A stretch of DNA of 64,000 nucleotides from Macrostomum hystrix (Eukaryota; Animalia; Platyhelminthes). The translations under genes and the position numbers were made by a program. The first letter of the stretch is position 1. Every line of letters starts with the position of its first letter. The notes beneath the pieces are model-generated. The model was not told the DNA's origin and made no database searches. It saw only the letters and a program-made list of their open reading frames with translations. The DNA lies in the NCBI GenBank assembly GCA_950097015.1, contig CATNEN010000039.1:19468001-19532000 (forward strand). The letters are read 5' to 3'. This document shows positions 42,549-52,681 of this stretch, in pieces.

Positions 42549-45500
42549 ATGCAGATTATAATGCCGCTGAAGCTGTTAGCTTGGCTGCTGCTGCTGTTGC
42601 ACTTCGCGTCAACCCTGTCAGCAGCAGCTTCTTTTTCGGTTGCTTCGACTTCAGTTAATGACACAGTCGGCCCCGAGTTCTTCAACAAGTCTATCAGCCT
42701 CACAGTGGGACACACTGCTCGCGTCTCCGTCCGTCTAACTAGACCCTTCCTGACTGGCGCCTTTGTCTATTTCACTTATCAGGCAGATCCCAGCGCGCCG
42801 GTACTGTCAACACAGGAGCGCCAGGTTCTGTTGCCACTGCCTGCCATCTATTTGGCATCAAATGCTACCCAATTCGATGTGAACTTCACTGCCTGGGACG
42901 CAGGACGGGTCATTGTTGGATTGAATTCATCTAGCGGCGAGTTTGTTAATAATCACAGCGAATTTATTCGAGTCACTGTAGCTAAGAGCGCTTTCATCGA
43001 CGATATCAACTTTGTCGTTGGCATTTTGTACGTCATTCTCTGGTCTGTGTCCTTCTACCCACAGACTGTGCTCAACTTTAGACGCAGGTAAGCGCTAATC
43101 CTCCTAATTCCCTATTGATTCTACTAATCCTCTACTGATTCTACTAATCCTCTACTGATTCTGCTAATCCGCTACTGATTCTGCTAATCCGCTACAGATT
43201 CTGCTAATCCGCTACTGATTCTGGCAATCCTCTATTGATTCCCCTAATCCTCTACTGATTCTGCTAATCCGCTACTGATTCTGCTAATCCGCTACAGATT
43301 CTGGTAATCCGCTACAGATTCTGCTAATCCGCTACTGATTCTGCTAATCCGCTACTGATTCTGCTAATCCGCTACTGATTCTGCTAATCCGCTACTGATT
43401 CTGCTAATCCGCTACCGATTCTCCAAATCCGCTATTGATTCTCCAAATCCGCTATTGATTCTGCTAATCCGCTACTGATTCTGCTAATCCGCTACAGATC
43501 CTCCTAATTCTCTACTGAGGATTATCTTAATCCTCTACATATTCTCCAAACCCGCTTCTGATTCTGCTAATCCTCTACTGACTCTCCTAATCCTCTACTG
43601 ACTCTCCTAATCCTCTACTGACCCTCCTAATCCTCTACTGACTCTCCTAATCCTCTACTGACTCTCCTAATCCTCCACTGACTGTTTATTTCACCCTTTA
43701 ACTCCTGTCCAGGTCTGTGGTCGGCCTGAACTTCGACTTCATCAGCCTCAACCTTCTTGGCTTCTGCGCGTACACAGCCTTCAACGTGTGCCTCTACTGG
43801 GTGCCCGCCGTTCAGTGGCTCTACGCTTTGAAGCATCCGCGTGGCGTCATTCCCGTTGAAATCTCCGATGTGATCTTCGCCATTCACGCAGTTGCTATCA
43901 CCTTTGTGCAGGTAAACTAACACATTGGACCTTCGAGCTGGTATAGTGAGCTAGATTTATGAATGAATGAGTCGTGTGAGATTTAGAGATTTCGAGATTA
44001 GAGTGAGTTCTGAGATTTATAGAAAGTTGAGGAAGATTTATTGAGAGTTGGGTGAGATTTAAAGAATGTAGGGGGGGGAGATTTATAGAAAGTAGGGTGA
44101 GATTTATGGAAAGTAGGGTGAGATTTATAGAAAGTAGGGTGAGATTTATAGAAAGTAGGGTGAGATTTATAGAAAGTTGGGTGAGATTTATGGAAAGTAG
44201 GGTGAGATTTATAGAAAGTAGGGTGAGATTTATGGAAAGTAGGGTGAGATTTATAGAAAGTTGGGTGAGATTTATAGAAAGTAGGGTGAGATTTATAGAA
44301 AGTAGGGTGAGATTTATGGAAAGTAGGGTGAGATTTATAGAAAGTAGGGTGAGATTTATGGAAAGTAGGGTGAGATTTATAGAAAGTTGGGTGAGATTTA
44401 TAGAAAGTTGGGTGAGATTTATAGAAAGTAGGGTGAGATTTATGGAAAGTAGGGTGAGATTTATAGAAAGTAGGGTGAGATTTATAGAAAGTAGGGTGAG
44501 ATTTATAGAGAGTAGGGTGAGATTTGGAAAGAGTAGAATGCGATTTATAGAATAAGTTTTACATTTATAGAAGTATTGTGGGATTTTTAGACAGTAGGGT
44601 TGGATTTATAAAATGTGGGGTGAGATTTAAAGAAAGTGCGGGAGATTTATAGAAAGTGGGTGAGATTTATAGAAAGTAGGGTGAGATTTGTAGAAAGTAG
44701 GGTGAGATTTATAGAAAGTTAGGTGAGATTTATAGAAAGTAGGGTGAGATTTATAGAAAGTAGGGTGAGATTTATAGAAAGTTGGGTGAGATTTGTAGAA
44801 AGTAGGGTGAGATTTATGGAAAGTAGGGTGAGATTTATAGAAAGTAGGGTGAGATTTGTAGAAAGTAGGGTGAGATTTATAGAAAGTTAGGTGAGATTTA
44901 TAGAAATTTAGGTGAGATTTATAGAAAGTAGGGTGAGATTTATAGAAAGTAGGGTGAGATTTGTAGAAAGTAGGGTGAGCTTTATAGAAAGTTAGGTGAG
45001 ATTTATAGAAAGTTAGGTTAGATTTATAGAAAGTTAGGTGAGATTTATAGAAAGTAGGGTGAGATTTAAAGAAAGTAGGATGAGATTTATAGAAAGTCGG
45101 GTCATATTTGGAGATGAGGGTGAGATTTGTAGAGAGTAGAGTGAGAAGAGTTATACAAGCTCTTGAAAGTAGATTGATAGCGTGATTATCATTACAGTAA
45201 GCTTGAGTACAATAATAGAGAACACTGCAGTAAGTTGTAGTCTACTTGACCTCCAAAACTTTTGTCATTCCAGGTGATTCAGTGCTGCCTGTACGAGCGA
45301 GGCGGCCAGCGAATTTCCGTCATTGGCCGAGTTCTTCTAGTCGGCATGATTCTGTTCCTCTTCATCGGCCTGCTTGTGTCGGCCTTCTGGCAGTCCGGTT
45401 TCGATTGGCTGAGCTATCTGTACTGCGTGTCCTATGTGAAACTGTCAGTTACTATTGTGAAATACTCGCCGCAGGCCTACATGAACTACAGGTGACCGGC

Positions 45501-46731
45501 TGCTGTGCCTGCTTGTCTGTCTGCTTATTTTGATGTCCACCTGACTCCTATGTGTGTGTCTGACTGTCAGTTCTAGGTGTCTGTCTGCTTATTTTGATGT
45601 CCACATGACTCCTATGTGTGTGTCTGACTGTCAGTTCTAGGTGTCTGACTGTCAGTTCTAGGTGTCTGTCAGTTCTAGGTGTCTGACTGCCAGTTCTAGG
45701 TGTCTGACTGTCAGTTCTAGGTGTCTGTAAGTTCTTGGTGTCTGTCAGTTCTAGGTGTCTGACTGTCAGTTCTAGGTGTCTGTCTGTCAGTTCTAGGTGT
45801 CTGACTGTCAGTTCTAGGTGTCTGACTGTCAGTTCTAGGTGTCTGACTGTCAGTTCTAGGTGTCTGTCTGTCAGTTCTAGGTGTCTGTCTGTCAGTTCTA
45901 GGTGTCTGACTGTCAGTTCTAGGTGTCTGTCTGTCAGTTCTAGGTGTCTGACTGTCAGTTCTAGGTGTCTGACTGTCAGTTCTAGGTGTCTGACTGTCAG
46001 TTCTAGGTGTCTGACTGTCAGTTCCAGGTGTCTGACTGTCAGTTCTAGGTGTCTGACTGTCAGTTCTAGGTGTCTGACTGTCAGTTCTTGGTGTCTGACT
46101 GTCAGTTCTTGGTGTCTGACTGTCAGTTCTAGGTGTCTGACTGTCAGTTCTAGGTGTCTGACTGTCAGTTCTAGGTGTCTGACTGTCAGTTCTAGGTGTC
46201 TGTCTGTCCGTCTGTTTTAATTGTCTCTCTATCTGTTTTGGGTGTCTGTCTGTCAGTTTTATGTGTCTGTAATTCAGTTTTGTGTCTGTAATTCAGTTTT
46301 ATGTGTCTGTAATTCAGTTTTATGTGTCTGTAATTCAGTTTTATGTGTCTGTAATTCAGTTTTGTCTGACCAACCGCAGGCGCAAGTCCACAGACGGCTG
46401 GTCAATCGGTCAGATCTTCACCGACTTCTCCGGCGGCGCCCTGAGCATCCTGCAGATGCTTCTGCTGGCCTACAACTACAACGACTGGCTGTCAATCATG
46501 GGCGACCCTACCAAGTTCGGCCTTGGCGCAGTCTCCATAATCTACGACTGTGTGTTCTTTGTCCAGCACTACGCGCTCTATGGCGAGCCAGCCAGACTTC
46601 GTCGTCAGCGACGTCAGCTGGCGAATCCCGGTACTGTCATTGTTGATGCTTCTGCTGTCAACCAGCAGGCAGTCGGCGTTGAACAGCCAGACGATGGCAG
46701 CGCTGACGATGAGAGACCGCTATTGGGATAG
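42549..46731 (+). CDS. CTNS: Cystinosin, lysosomal cystine/H+ symporter (PQ-loop family), ~435 aa, 4 exons
   Basis: Exons 42549-43087, 43713-43911, 45274-45491, 46380-46731. Signal peptide, N-glycosylated luminal domain, [59 protein letters not shown]. Start could also be ATG 42561. Confidence 0.95.
43095..43682 (+). repeat. 20-bp minisatellite (CTGCTAATCCGCTACTGATT)n
   Basis: Fills CTNS intron 1. Confidence 0.95.
44010..45135 (+). repeat. 21-bp minisatellite (AGATTTATAGAAAGTAGGGTG)n
   Basis: CTNS intron 2. Confidence 0.95.
45556..46366 (+). repeat. 21-bp minisatellites (GTCTGACTGTCAGTTCTAGGT)n and (ATGTGTCTGTAATTCAGTTTT)n
   Basis: CTNS intron 3. Confidence 0.95.
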
Positions 46732-46743
46732 TTTGTTTTCAAA

Positions 46744-47180
46744 TCTGCTTTGAGTTTGTTTATCGGTCTGCTTTGAGTTTGTTTATTGGTCTGCTTTGAG
46801 TTTGATTATCGGTCTGATTTGAGTATGTTTATCCGTCTGCTTTGAGTCTGTTTATTGGTCTGCTTTGAGTCTGTTTATTGGTCTGCTTTGAGTCTGTTTA
46901 TTGGTCTGCTTTGAGTCTGTTTATTGGTCTGCTTTGAGTCTGTTTATTGGTCTGCTTTGAGTCTGTTTATTGGTCTGCTTTGAGTCTGTTTATTGGTCTG
47001 CTTTGAGTCTGTTTATTGGTCTGCTTTGAGTCTGTTTATTGGTCTGCTTTGAGTCTGTTTATTGGTCTGCTTTGAGTCTGTTTATTGGTCTGCTTTGAGT
47101 CTGTTTATTGGTCTGCTTTGAGTCTGTTTATTGGTCTGCTTTGAGTCTGTTTATTGGTCTGCTTTGAGTCTGTTTATCGG
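46744..47180 (+). repeat. 23-bp minisatellite (GGTCTGCTTTGAGTCTGTTTATT)n in the CTNS 3'UTR
   Basis: Starts ~12 nt after the stop codon; AATAAA at 47364 and 47508 lie downstream. Confidence 0.93.
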
Positions 47181-47664
47181 TGTGTTTTTAGTATGTTTGT
47201 TAGTATCCTTTGAGTTAGTTTCGAGTCTCTTCATCCGTCTGTTTTGGGTATTTCTATCAGTCTCTTTCAGTGTTTTTCTAATTCCCAGTATTAAAGTAAT
47301 CACTTTTCTACGATTCCTACTGCTAATATGAGCCGGAGCAGTTCTGAGCAATCTCACGCGCACAATAAACTTTAAGTTAGCTTTTTATCTGACGTTTGTA
47401 TTGATTTATTAATCCAGATTTGTGTACATAAGCTACAAGCCAATTTAAATTTATATTTTATTCAATTGCTGATAATTTATATTCGCTCACTGAAAACTTT
47501 TGAAAAAAATAAATTCTAATTTGATTATTTAAGTTAAAGTTACTAAAATTAACAAACATGTCTCCGCGTTTTCATGCGACTTACTACTTCTGCTAACAAA
47601 ACATTTTCTTAGAAATTCAGTTTTAAGAATGCTTTTATTACAGTAGAAACCAAATCACTGCTAG

Positions 47665-47875
47665 ATTATCAGAATCGCAGCAGGAGCCATTATCAGAATC
47701 GCAGCTAGAATCGTTATCAGAATCGCAGCAGGAGCCATTATCAGAATCGCAGCTAGAATCGTTATCAGAATCGCAGCAGGAGCCATTATCAGAATCGCAG
47801 CAGGAGCCATTATCAGAATCGCAGCAGGAGCCATTATCAGAATCGCAGCTAGAATCGTTATCAGAATCGCAGCTA
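47665..47875 (+). repeat. 24-bp minisatellite (TTATCAGAATCGCAGCAGGAGCCA)n
   Basis: Directly visible. Confidence 0.93.
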
Positions 47876-48307
47876 AAACCATAGACTATCGGTTAGAATA
47901 CATTCAGAGAAAATGGACACAGATGCTTGTGATTTAATTTGCTGCTAATGTGTGTGTGTTGTGCACACTGCCATTAGGCCTTTGCTCTTTTCGAGTCTCT
48001 ATTTGTAAGTTAATTTCTTCAAAGCAATTTTGTCCAAAAAAGCTCTTACTTAGCGTTTGCGCTGTGGCAAGCAGTACAGTACACAAAATTAGTCTATGGC
48101 AAAGAAAACGATATCTAAATTTGCTCGGGCAGAAGCCAGCCCGCAGCTGGTTTTTTTAGCAAGTGACAAATTTCTTCACTAAGACAGTATTATGTCTATG
48201 GCACTTGGCTCCATTAGATTGCTGCTTGCCTTGTCAATTTTGCAAGCTCTGATCTCTCAATTAAGTAAGCAGAAGGAATATTAGAAGTCAGCTTCAGCCC
48301 ATTTGCA

Positions 48308-50715
48308 ATGACAACGCAGCAATGTGACGAGTTTCCCAAATGGGAGACTGCCTCGCCCGATGTGATCGAAGTCAAATTGCTGAATCCGGGGGTGCTTGAA
48401 GAAAGCAGCACCAATAGCCATGTTCGCATAATGGTTCAGCATAATATGCATTTCACTGATTCAGGTGCTAGCTTCAGTTCCTATGGCAACCATAGCGACG
48501 AACGTAGCGATGCCTCTCGTGTCTGCTCTTCTCGACCATCCGAAGAGCGTTGCTTTGGCCAGCATCTAGAAGACGATAAGAGCACATTGTACAACTTCAG
48601 ACATGATGGTGGGTACCGACAGATCGGCGGAAAAATGCACGTCATTTGGGAACAGGAACAAGTCAAATGCAACGGCAACTGCTCTGATGGATCTGTGGAG
48701 CTTCAATTTGGTTCAATAATTGCCAACTCCGTGACCGATGACAGTGTTTTGCTTAAAACCGCGGTTAGCACCGATGCCGAAGACTGGGCCAAATCGGCTA
48801 CAAATTTTGACAGCCTCCATCCTCCATCTGAACTCCCTTGTTTCAACACCGTGTCAGAGATTAATGAAAGTTTGTCTAGCCGTAAGTTTTTTGTTAAACC
48901 ACATTTTGACTGTTAAGCTGACTGATTCTATCGAACTGGTCTAATAATTTCTTCAATCTATAAATGCTAAATTGTGTTGTAGCCTAGTGGTTAGAGCGTC
49001 GGACTCACGACTTAAGAAGGTCCTGGGTTCGAATCCCGACTACATTGGAATATTGTGTATTTTTAGCAAGACACTTAACTTCAGTTCTACCATTCGCTGT
49101 GGGTAACTGCATGAGGTTGGGTGTGGCGTCCCCCCAGTCCATGGACTGAACAGCCGCACATTGCAGTCGGTTGCACATCTGGCCCAATTTGGTCATGTTG
49201 TTAACAGTAAGACTGTTTCAGAAGATGCGCAACGAAAAGTTGGCCTGCGTTCTTGAGCTTCGTGTGCTTGCGATGCTCCGTTCGGATGCAGCACAAAAAT
49301 TGTCAGCGGGAGATTTGCCCCTTGGTATAGTGTTTTACTGCTTAATATAAAAGCAAATCATGCGGCATATCCGGCACACCCCACCAGAGGACGACACAAG
49401 CCGCCCGTCATCGGCTTCAACCGAGTCCCCCCAGTCTAGGCAGTCGTTCGCCAAATTTCCCTCCATGGTCGCGGTCGGTTTTAAAGCGGAACAGCGGACA
49501 AAAACTGCCGTCGTCGTTCGCCCGGTCGTTGACTCCGGCGACGCTTACTACCGGAGTCGGGCGCGCCCTCGAGGTTTCGATAATTGGATTCAGATGACTT
49601 CGAATTACTTTCCCGCCTGGAGCGATCCCTGCGCCAGCGTCCAGCCGCTGAATTATTCCAACATCGCCAGCACCAACCCAGAGTCTGACAAGGTGCAGGC
49701 AGTCGACAAAATCGAGGAGTCGAAATTGACCGCCAAATTTCACGAGTGCTTCGGCGAGTGCTCCGCGGTTCGTTGCGCCATACTGATTTCTTACTACCTG
49801 GGCCTGTGGACTTTCACCGGGATTTTCACCTGGATCCTGCTGCGGTTGTCACTGTCAGTCACCAGTCAGGGAAAATATCCTTACTACATGGCGGCAAATT
49901 CATTCTGCATGGTCAGTCCTGGCATCAGCTTCCCCGGTGGGAACCCGGAGCCTGGAGCTGTCACCGAATTCGGCAAGCTCAACAATCTGGCTGACAGTTT
50001 GAAGGCCTCGTTGAAAAAGAGCTTCGTCAGTCAACAGACCGGTAGGCAGTCGCCGAGTTTCCGGGCTTGCGGTCCAGCGACAGCCGATTCGGTGGAAACT
50101 GAGGTCCTGATGCAGCCGTGCAATTTGAGCGCCTTCGGAAACGCCATGATTAGCCAAGTCGATACAATTCTGTCTAGCAGGCCGGCCGTGTTTATCCAGG
50201 TGAGTATTTTTTGCTCTTTTCTTTCGGTGACGACATTTAATTTAGCAAGATATAGATTTATGCATATAGGCTAGCTGAAAGAATGCATGGAACAGATGGC
50301 TCTGCCATTCGTACATCATTTGGTGACAGCCAGCGAGGAGAAAACTCCTGACCTCTACTGACCTGACCGTTTCCAAATATAGATCAGACGACAACTGGGC
50401 TACATACCGACCACGGGAAAATACGTAGAAGTGACTTGCGAAGCCATGGTTGCCGATACCAAACTGCAGTTGGTCTATTACAGTTGGTCGCCGTTCAACT
50501 CTACCCTATTTGAGACGACCAAATCTGGCCATGTGCCTACACTGTACTTTCCTATGCTGAGCGAATGGCACAATGCGCCCGGAGTTCTGGTGTCGCTGCA
50601 TTCCTCAGTGAATCAGGCTGCCTGGTCTGGCCAGAGAATTTCGATCCGCTGTCAGGCTAACGACGGCGGCAGTGTGAAGCCGCCTCACAGAGAGATCATC
50701 CTGAAAGTCGGCTGA
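48308..50715 (+). CDS. Divergent Na+/K+-ATPase beta subunit-like type II membrane protein with long N-terminal extension, ~572 aa, 3 exons
   Basis: Exons 48308-48881, 49388-50199, 50383-50715, phases consistent. Single TM (ILISYYLGLWTFTGIFTWILLRL) followed by PYY..SPGI, then PAVFIQ|IRRQLGYIP..VTC, GHVPTLYFP, PGVLV, ISIRCQA, IILKV*. The order matches beta-subunit motifs (PGL, PCIIIKLNRVLGFKP, GFPLQYYP, IRIECKA). Joining of exon 1 is the least certain part. Confidence 0.7.
48975..49190 (+). mobile_element. SINE family B copy (beta-subunit gene intron 1)
   Basis: TAGCCTAGTGGTTAGAGCG, GGTTCGAATCC, GCAAGACACTTAAC (CORE-like), CAGTCCATGGACTGAACAGC. Smaller fragments at about 3899-3975 (-), 5140-5265 (+) and 18466-18575 (+). 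Confidence 0.8.
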
Positions 50716-51867
50716 ATTTTTTTTGGCTGATTCTTAGCATTTTTTCAGCCTTTTTTGAGCAAGTGGCTGACTTTGCCGTTCAAATGATTTTATCTACACA
50801 ACGTAGACGAAGTTGAGAGAGAGTTAATGAGAATTAATAAGAGTGCGCAAAGGAACGGAAAACCCTAAAATGAAAATACTTTTTTGCATCGCATCCATTA
50901 ATTTTATAGCATCCGTGCTTTCAATGCACGAAAGCGGTGCTTGTTGCGAACTTCAAGTAAACTTGATCGTTTGAATACTATTGGATTTCTATTTTAACAA
51001 ATGTCTATTTGCTTTGGCTGAGAACATATTCTCTAAAACTGTTAAGAATTTCTATTTAATTACTTATTCGTATCAATGTGCCATTTGAAAATGAGCAATT
51101 AGCTAATAACTTATATGTTAGCCAATTAGGGCACGAACAGGGGTAGAAATCTGTCTCGTTTAGAGGCGCCCAATCAGAAGGCGTCAGCTTTCATAGCCAA
51201 TGAACACACGGGACAGGGATGAGAGTGAGCAAATATGTATGCCATTAATCAAGCAGTTGTTATAAAGTTACCATTTAAGCTAATAATGCAAAACGTATTA
51301 TCATCTTGAAATATTCTTCCGTTTCTCTCACTGAATATTTCATTTTGGTTGTAGCCATTACAGTTGTATATTGCTACAGGTATTTTACAATTTGAGGCGT
51401 ACTTGCTATTATTCCAGTAATTGACCGTATAGTTGCTGGAGCCAGAGCACAGACTATGGACCAAAATTTTAAAATGATTTAACGCTAAACTGAACTTGCT
51501 TTTGTGCCTCAGGGAGGAATCATACGGCTCCTTGCATGCAGGTTGTCGGACTATTTAAAAAAATGTTCACTTGCTTGTCCCTCATAGCTCAATCGTCCGA
51601 AATCGAGTTCGGAAGGAGGAAAAATGAAGAAGTCTTTGAAAACAGTAAGTCTAAATATGCTGGTACGGATGTGGATATGTATAGAGGGAGTTTCGTTTTA
51701 ATTAAAAAATTTAATCGATAAATGTCATTTAATGGTTGTGTGACTTAAAGTGGATAAGAAATCATATAAAATGATTTAGAAAACGCTGATTTGCCTGCGC
51801 CTTGCCAGAGTTTCTTTAGGCTTGGGTAAGTGAGAATGTACATCCGTTAGCTAGCAAAGAACTGTCG

Positions 51868-52285
51868 GGTGAGGTGGGGTAGATTGTACGCTGATTGGCT
51901 GGCGAGGAACTATGGGGTGGGGGTAGATTGTACGCTTATTGGCTGGCGAGGAACTATGGGGTGGGGGTAGATTGTACGCTTATTGGCTGGCGAGGAACTA
52001 TGGGGTGGGGGTAGATTGTATGCTTATTGGCTGGCGAAGAACTATGGGGTGGGGGTAGATTGTACGCTTATTGGCTGGCGAAGAACTATGGGGTGGGGGT
52101 AGATTGTACGCTTATTGGCTGGCGAGGAACTATGGGGTGGGGGTAGATTGTACGCTTATTGGCTGGCGAAGAACTATGGGGTGGGGGTAGATTGTACGCT
52201 TATTGGCTGGCGAAGAACTATGGGGTGGGGGTAGATTGTACGCTTATTGGCTGGCGAGGAACTGCCGGTTGTGGGGTTGATTGTA
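51868..52285 (+). repeat. 44-bp minisatellite (GGCGAGGAACTATGGGGTGGGGGTAGATTGTACGCTTATTGGCT)n
   Basis: Directly visible; 3' of SELENOW. Confidence 0.95.
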
Positions 52286-52468
52286 CTTACACACTGTCAT
52301 GAGCCCAGTTTCCAAGAAATGAAAAAAATATAAAAAACACTGACCAAGTTGCATTTAAATTTTTATATTAGAAAAAATGATACCAGAAGACACTAATTAA
52401 ATATAGTCACATAATAAACCATTCGATATTCAATTCGCACTAAGCGGGAAACACACTCAATTGATTGG

Positions 52469-52572
52469 CAGCGAAGCCATTTGAATGGCGCTTCGGGACA
52501 ACGGACCAGCCCCCAGCCTTATAAAGGTATTGGAGAGAAGCTTTACTGGTCCGGCCGTCATAAGAATCGCTG
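52469..52572 (-). promoter_or_regulatory. SECIS element in the SELENOW 3'UTR
   Basis: Minus strand: helix I CAGCGA/TCGCTG; AUGA at 52561-52558; 12 nt (GGCCGGACCAGT) between UGAC and an unpaired AAA (52544-52542); 3' arm GCTGGTCCG pairs with CGGACCAGT; CGAA with the GA at 52494-52493. Lies ~110 nt after the stop codon. Confidence 0.8.
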
Positions 52573-52681
52573 GATCTAATCAATGAGATAGTTTCCAACC
52601 TTCATGCAACTATGTACTAAATATACTAGAAGATGTAACTAATAATTGTGGAGTCACATTTTTGAGTTCTGAAGGCGGCGC

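Noticed and set aside
50275-50382. Second in-frame TGA readthrough in the beta-like gene
   Set aside because: The region contains both TGA and TAG and is better explained as intron, with the acceptor at 50382.
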